DNA from: Ginglymostoma cirratum
Taxonomy: Eukaryota
Length of the DNA stretch: 64,000 bases
Assembly: GCA_024137785.1 (NCBI GenBank)
Contig: JAHRHZ010000069.1
Span: forward strand, 12,646,618 to 12,710,617
Reading direction: 5' to 3'
Part shown: piece after piece, positions 60,657-64,000 of the stretch
Layout: the number at the start of each line of letters is the position of its first letter
Position numbering within the stretch: position 1 is the stretch's first letter
Made by a program: the position numbers and the translations under genes
The notes under the pieces: generated by a model
The model's database searches: none
The model's input: only the letters and a program-made list of their open reading frames with translations
Told to the model about the DNA's origin: nothing

Positions 60657-63419
60657 CATCAGAATAGACTTAAGAACAACTTGTCTCCACCAAAAGACAC
60701 ATTATCTCTTAAAAGAACATGTTCCAAGCCCCGAAGATATCCCAAGATCATATCCAAATGGGGACACTGACTAATCAAATAAATTTATCCCTCAGACCTG
60801 CTCTTACCAGGTGTATTCTGCACATTTCAGCTATCACAGTCCTGGGCATCCAAAATCTGACTTGAGTGGAGCCAGGAAATTATGTCAATGCCCAGCTGTC
60901 TTCATGAACCATGCATGCAAAAAATTCAACCCCAAACCAATGCTTGCTTTGCAAAAATAGAATGCACCATGCTTGGTGGTGGAACCTGGGATATCTGGGC
61001 CTATAAACCATTTTTGCCCTGACAGGGAGATTCACTGAATATATTGTCATATATTCAACTAATTAACTCCACATGTTGCCTTTTTCTGTGATAAGTACAC
61101 AATATCTAAAAAGAAACACTTAACAGGAAAGCTCAAGAAAGCATATTGTATACATTAGAAATAATTTCAGGACATTTCCCACCACAATCTATTTGGTATA
61201 ACAAATGTTCCTGTTGCAGAGAATTTAAATGCTGTTGATGGAGTCTATGTGTGAGATCACAAAAATTGTAGTTTTCATGCCATGAGAGTTGTACCACAAG
61301 AGTTATAATTTTCATGTCTTCACGATAATATTACAGGAACTAGAAGGAAGTTTTGGGGGTGCTGTGTTTCATCCCTACATCTGGGCCAACAGCTCTTGTT
61401 TAAGCATGACATGGTGGCAAGAAGGGTGGGTTCACACATGGCCAAATCATTTGATTGTTGGACAGCAAATCTTCTTTAATGTACTGATGGTAGCTGAAAA
61501 GTGCGGAAGATTTTTTTCCTCGGCCATCCTGCTGAAGGCAATGGCAAACCACTGCAATACTTTGTACAAGAACACAGACTAATCCAATGAAAATCCATGA
61601 CCTAACTGTTGGAAATGAAGATGGATGAAAGACAGACAGCCAGACAGAGAAGAACATGAGTGAATAGTCAAGCAGAGCTAAGGGAAGGTAATTGACCATA
61701 ACTCACAATGGACCATCGGTATCTCCCTCTGTTAGGGAGAGCCAAGTTCTGATATTACTTCAGTGGCATTCCTCTGCATTAAGTACGGGGTGAGGGAAGA
61801 TGGCAGTTGGCAATCCTGTTTGATCTACCATAGCAGGTACAGTGATCAAACCTACACCGTTTGTATCATCTGCACCATTGCTGAAGTCAACTGAGCTAAC
61901 TGATCCCCAGAAACAGGCAAAAATTTGAAAATACTTATGAGGGTTCAAGGGTTGAGAAGAAAATGAGAAAACTCTGTATAGATTTCCTAACAGTTCTCTG
62001 CAGATTCTTGTACCAGATGGACTGCAGCAAAAATGTCGGTGAAGGGCAGAATGGATGGGCAGCAAATGGCAACCTTTCCAGTGACGCATCCTATGGAACA
62101 ATACTAAAAAAAAACCCTTTAATTTGAGGTTCTGAGGAAAGGCATTGCTTTGAAATTAGAATTTTCAGGTTATTTATAAAAACTGGTACAAATATTCCTC
62201 AGACTCTTAGCTGTTGAACTCTCATATATGAACCAAATTCTTTGAAATGTATTTTCTTCCATTTACAAATTTCAGATAAGAAATAAATGCTTGTCTAAAA
62301 TTGGAATCAGTGTTTTAAACTCAAGTTTTTGTGATAATCTCATCTGGCATCAAGTAAATAGGAAAAGCTCAAGCAGCTCTGAAACATTGAGAACTCAGCT
62401 ATGGCCTCGAATATCAGGCTGTGACATGTGAAACAAATGGTGCTGTGTGCTTGGTAAGCCACACCTCAGGTACACCCAACATTCCCTTCCTTGTATTGCA
62501 ATGCATGCATGTTTGAAGGGTAATCCAAATGTTGAAAGCATAAAATTCATGGTATATTTCTAAGCAGTCTACAAACATGTTCCGAGTGATACAATAGAAT
62601 TCCCTGTAAATTAATCAAAGCTTCACTTCCCGAAAGTTATTTTTCTCACATCCAATTGCCCCAAACACAGTTTACAGTGTCACCATGTTACATTACATTG
62701 GAAATCATTGACATGAACACTCTTGCTTTCATCAACCATTAGCAATATAATATGCCATTCATTTCTCTTCCCTGTGTAATCTGCCATTCTCTTTCACTGT
62801 CACTATTCAAATTGACATTCTTTCTGATCCTTCAGTCTATTCAGCTGAAGATCATACCAATGTTCTTCTCATCTTTTGACAGTTAATATTCACATTCTCC
62901 ATCACCATTCCCTCTGTTTAAGTTGTTTCTGCATCCTTGAACTCACAAAAATTCAGTTTCTGTTTCTTCTCCCATTTCTCCTTTACCTGATTATCTAATT
63001 TCCTGTCACTTAATACCCCACTTATCGTTTTGCTCCCCACCTCATTGTCCCCTCAGTTTTGACCTCAGTGCCACACCTGCCAACATGCCATTGTCCGATG
63101 AAGAGGGATTCTAAGTCCTGCAAGCTGTAGGTTGTAATTTCTCTTCAAACAGGAATTTCTGCCAACGTTGTACAGTGATCAAAATCCCTTCAGTTGTCTG
63201 AAGAATTCTCAAAAGAGTGGCATTGAGAGGACACGAGAATGGTTTGCTCTGAATTTTGTAAAAAGTTTTCTGATTTGTTGACCTGGTCAATACATGCTCG
63301 CAGTTAACATGTGCAACTTGTGAAGGAAGAAGAATTTATCCGAAAATATTCCTTGATTTACTTGGTGCTTGCAGCTTTATCATGTAGAAACAAATTAGCT
63401 TTCTTTTGTTAAGCAGGAT

Positions 63420-63680
63420 GGGTGTTGCTGACAAGGCCAACAGACCAGCTGAGGATGACATATTTCCTTCCCTGATGGATATTGATGAACCAGATGGGTT
63501 TTTGGAACAATTTCGCAATGACTACATGGTCACCATTTGAATCATTTTGTCTTCCAGAATTTTATTGAATGCAAATTTTACCACTTGTCATGGTGATATT
63601 CAAATCCATACCCCTAGAATTTTAGCCTAATGTTCTGAATTACTAATCAAGTGATATTACGACTCTGCCACCACCTCCCT
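63420..63680 (-). mobile_element. tRNA-headed SINE-like repeat
   Basis: Reverse complement gggaggtggtggcagagtcgtaatatcacttgattagtaattcagaacattaggctaaaattctagggg..; same family as 57435-57590. Confidence 0.6.
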
Positions 63681-64000
63681 CCAACAAACTTATTTTAAGT
63701 AATTGGCTGTTTCAAATACATTCCGATACATACTTCAATCATTGTTTGAAAACCTGAATTCATGGCAGCTTATACTGCAAAGGGATTTACAAAAACTGCA
63801 TTGACTGCTATTCTGTGTGTGTCCTGAGCTATGACAGTGAACTCCACTCAATGGCAGTTAGACCTACGCTGCCTTCAAATTATTTGTGGTTTGGGTGTGT
63901 ACTTTCGAGGTGCAGTTTGCAGACTCAGTTTCTTGCCTGATCCAAAATTTAAAAACAGATGATCAAAAATTAAATTTGGTGCTTTAATTGCACATTTGCA

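Noticed and set aside
1-64000. Short ORFs of the six-frame track as host genes
   Set aside because: Those I can recognise are repeat-derived; the rest have no recognisable domain or convincing splice-site-bounded exon structure.

Overview
Vertebrate genomic DNA, almost certainly from a cartilaginous fish. The HE1-type SINEs, Deu-domain SINEs, CR1/HER1 LINEs and short Penelope-derived repeats are typical of sharks; a carpet or bamboo shark is a guess only. I found no host protein-coding exon that I can support, so the window looks intergenic or intronic and dominated by repeats. It holds three decayed Ty3/Gypsy LTR retrotransposons. One is a two-LTR Gmr1-type element with integrase upstream of RT and a SCAN-like gag (44772-50928). 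One is a Mag-like element lacking integrase (54795-58015). One is a minus-strand gag-PR-IN remnant lacking RT (~33420-35870). There are also several solo-LTR-like repeats, many CR1 fragments, an RTE fragment, Harbinger Myb/SANT remnants, two Tc1/pogo-type MITEs and a 400-N gap. The most striking signal is about 13 Penelope-like-element (PLE) derived insertions. Most carry a minimal hammerhead-ribozyme motif (CUGANGA-stem II-GAAAC-NUH). Many are flanked by 8-16 bp target-site duplications and several form DNA hairpins with a one-sided ~25-30 nt tail. Their 5' boundaries or inversion points cluster at the ribozyme, so they look like a ~100-200 bp ribozyme-delimited mobile unit. All calls were made by eye, without database searches.
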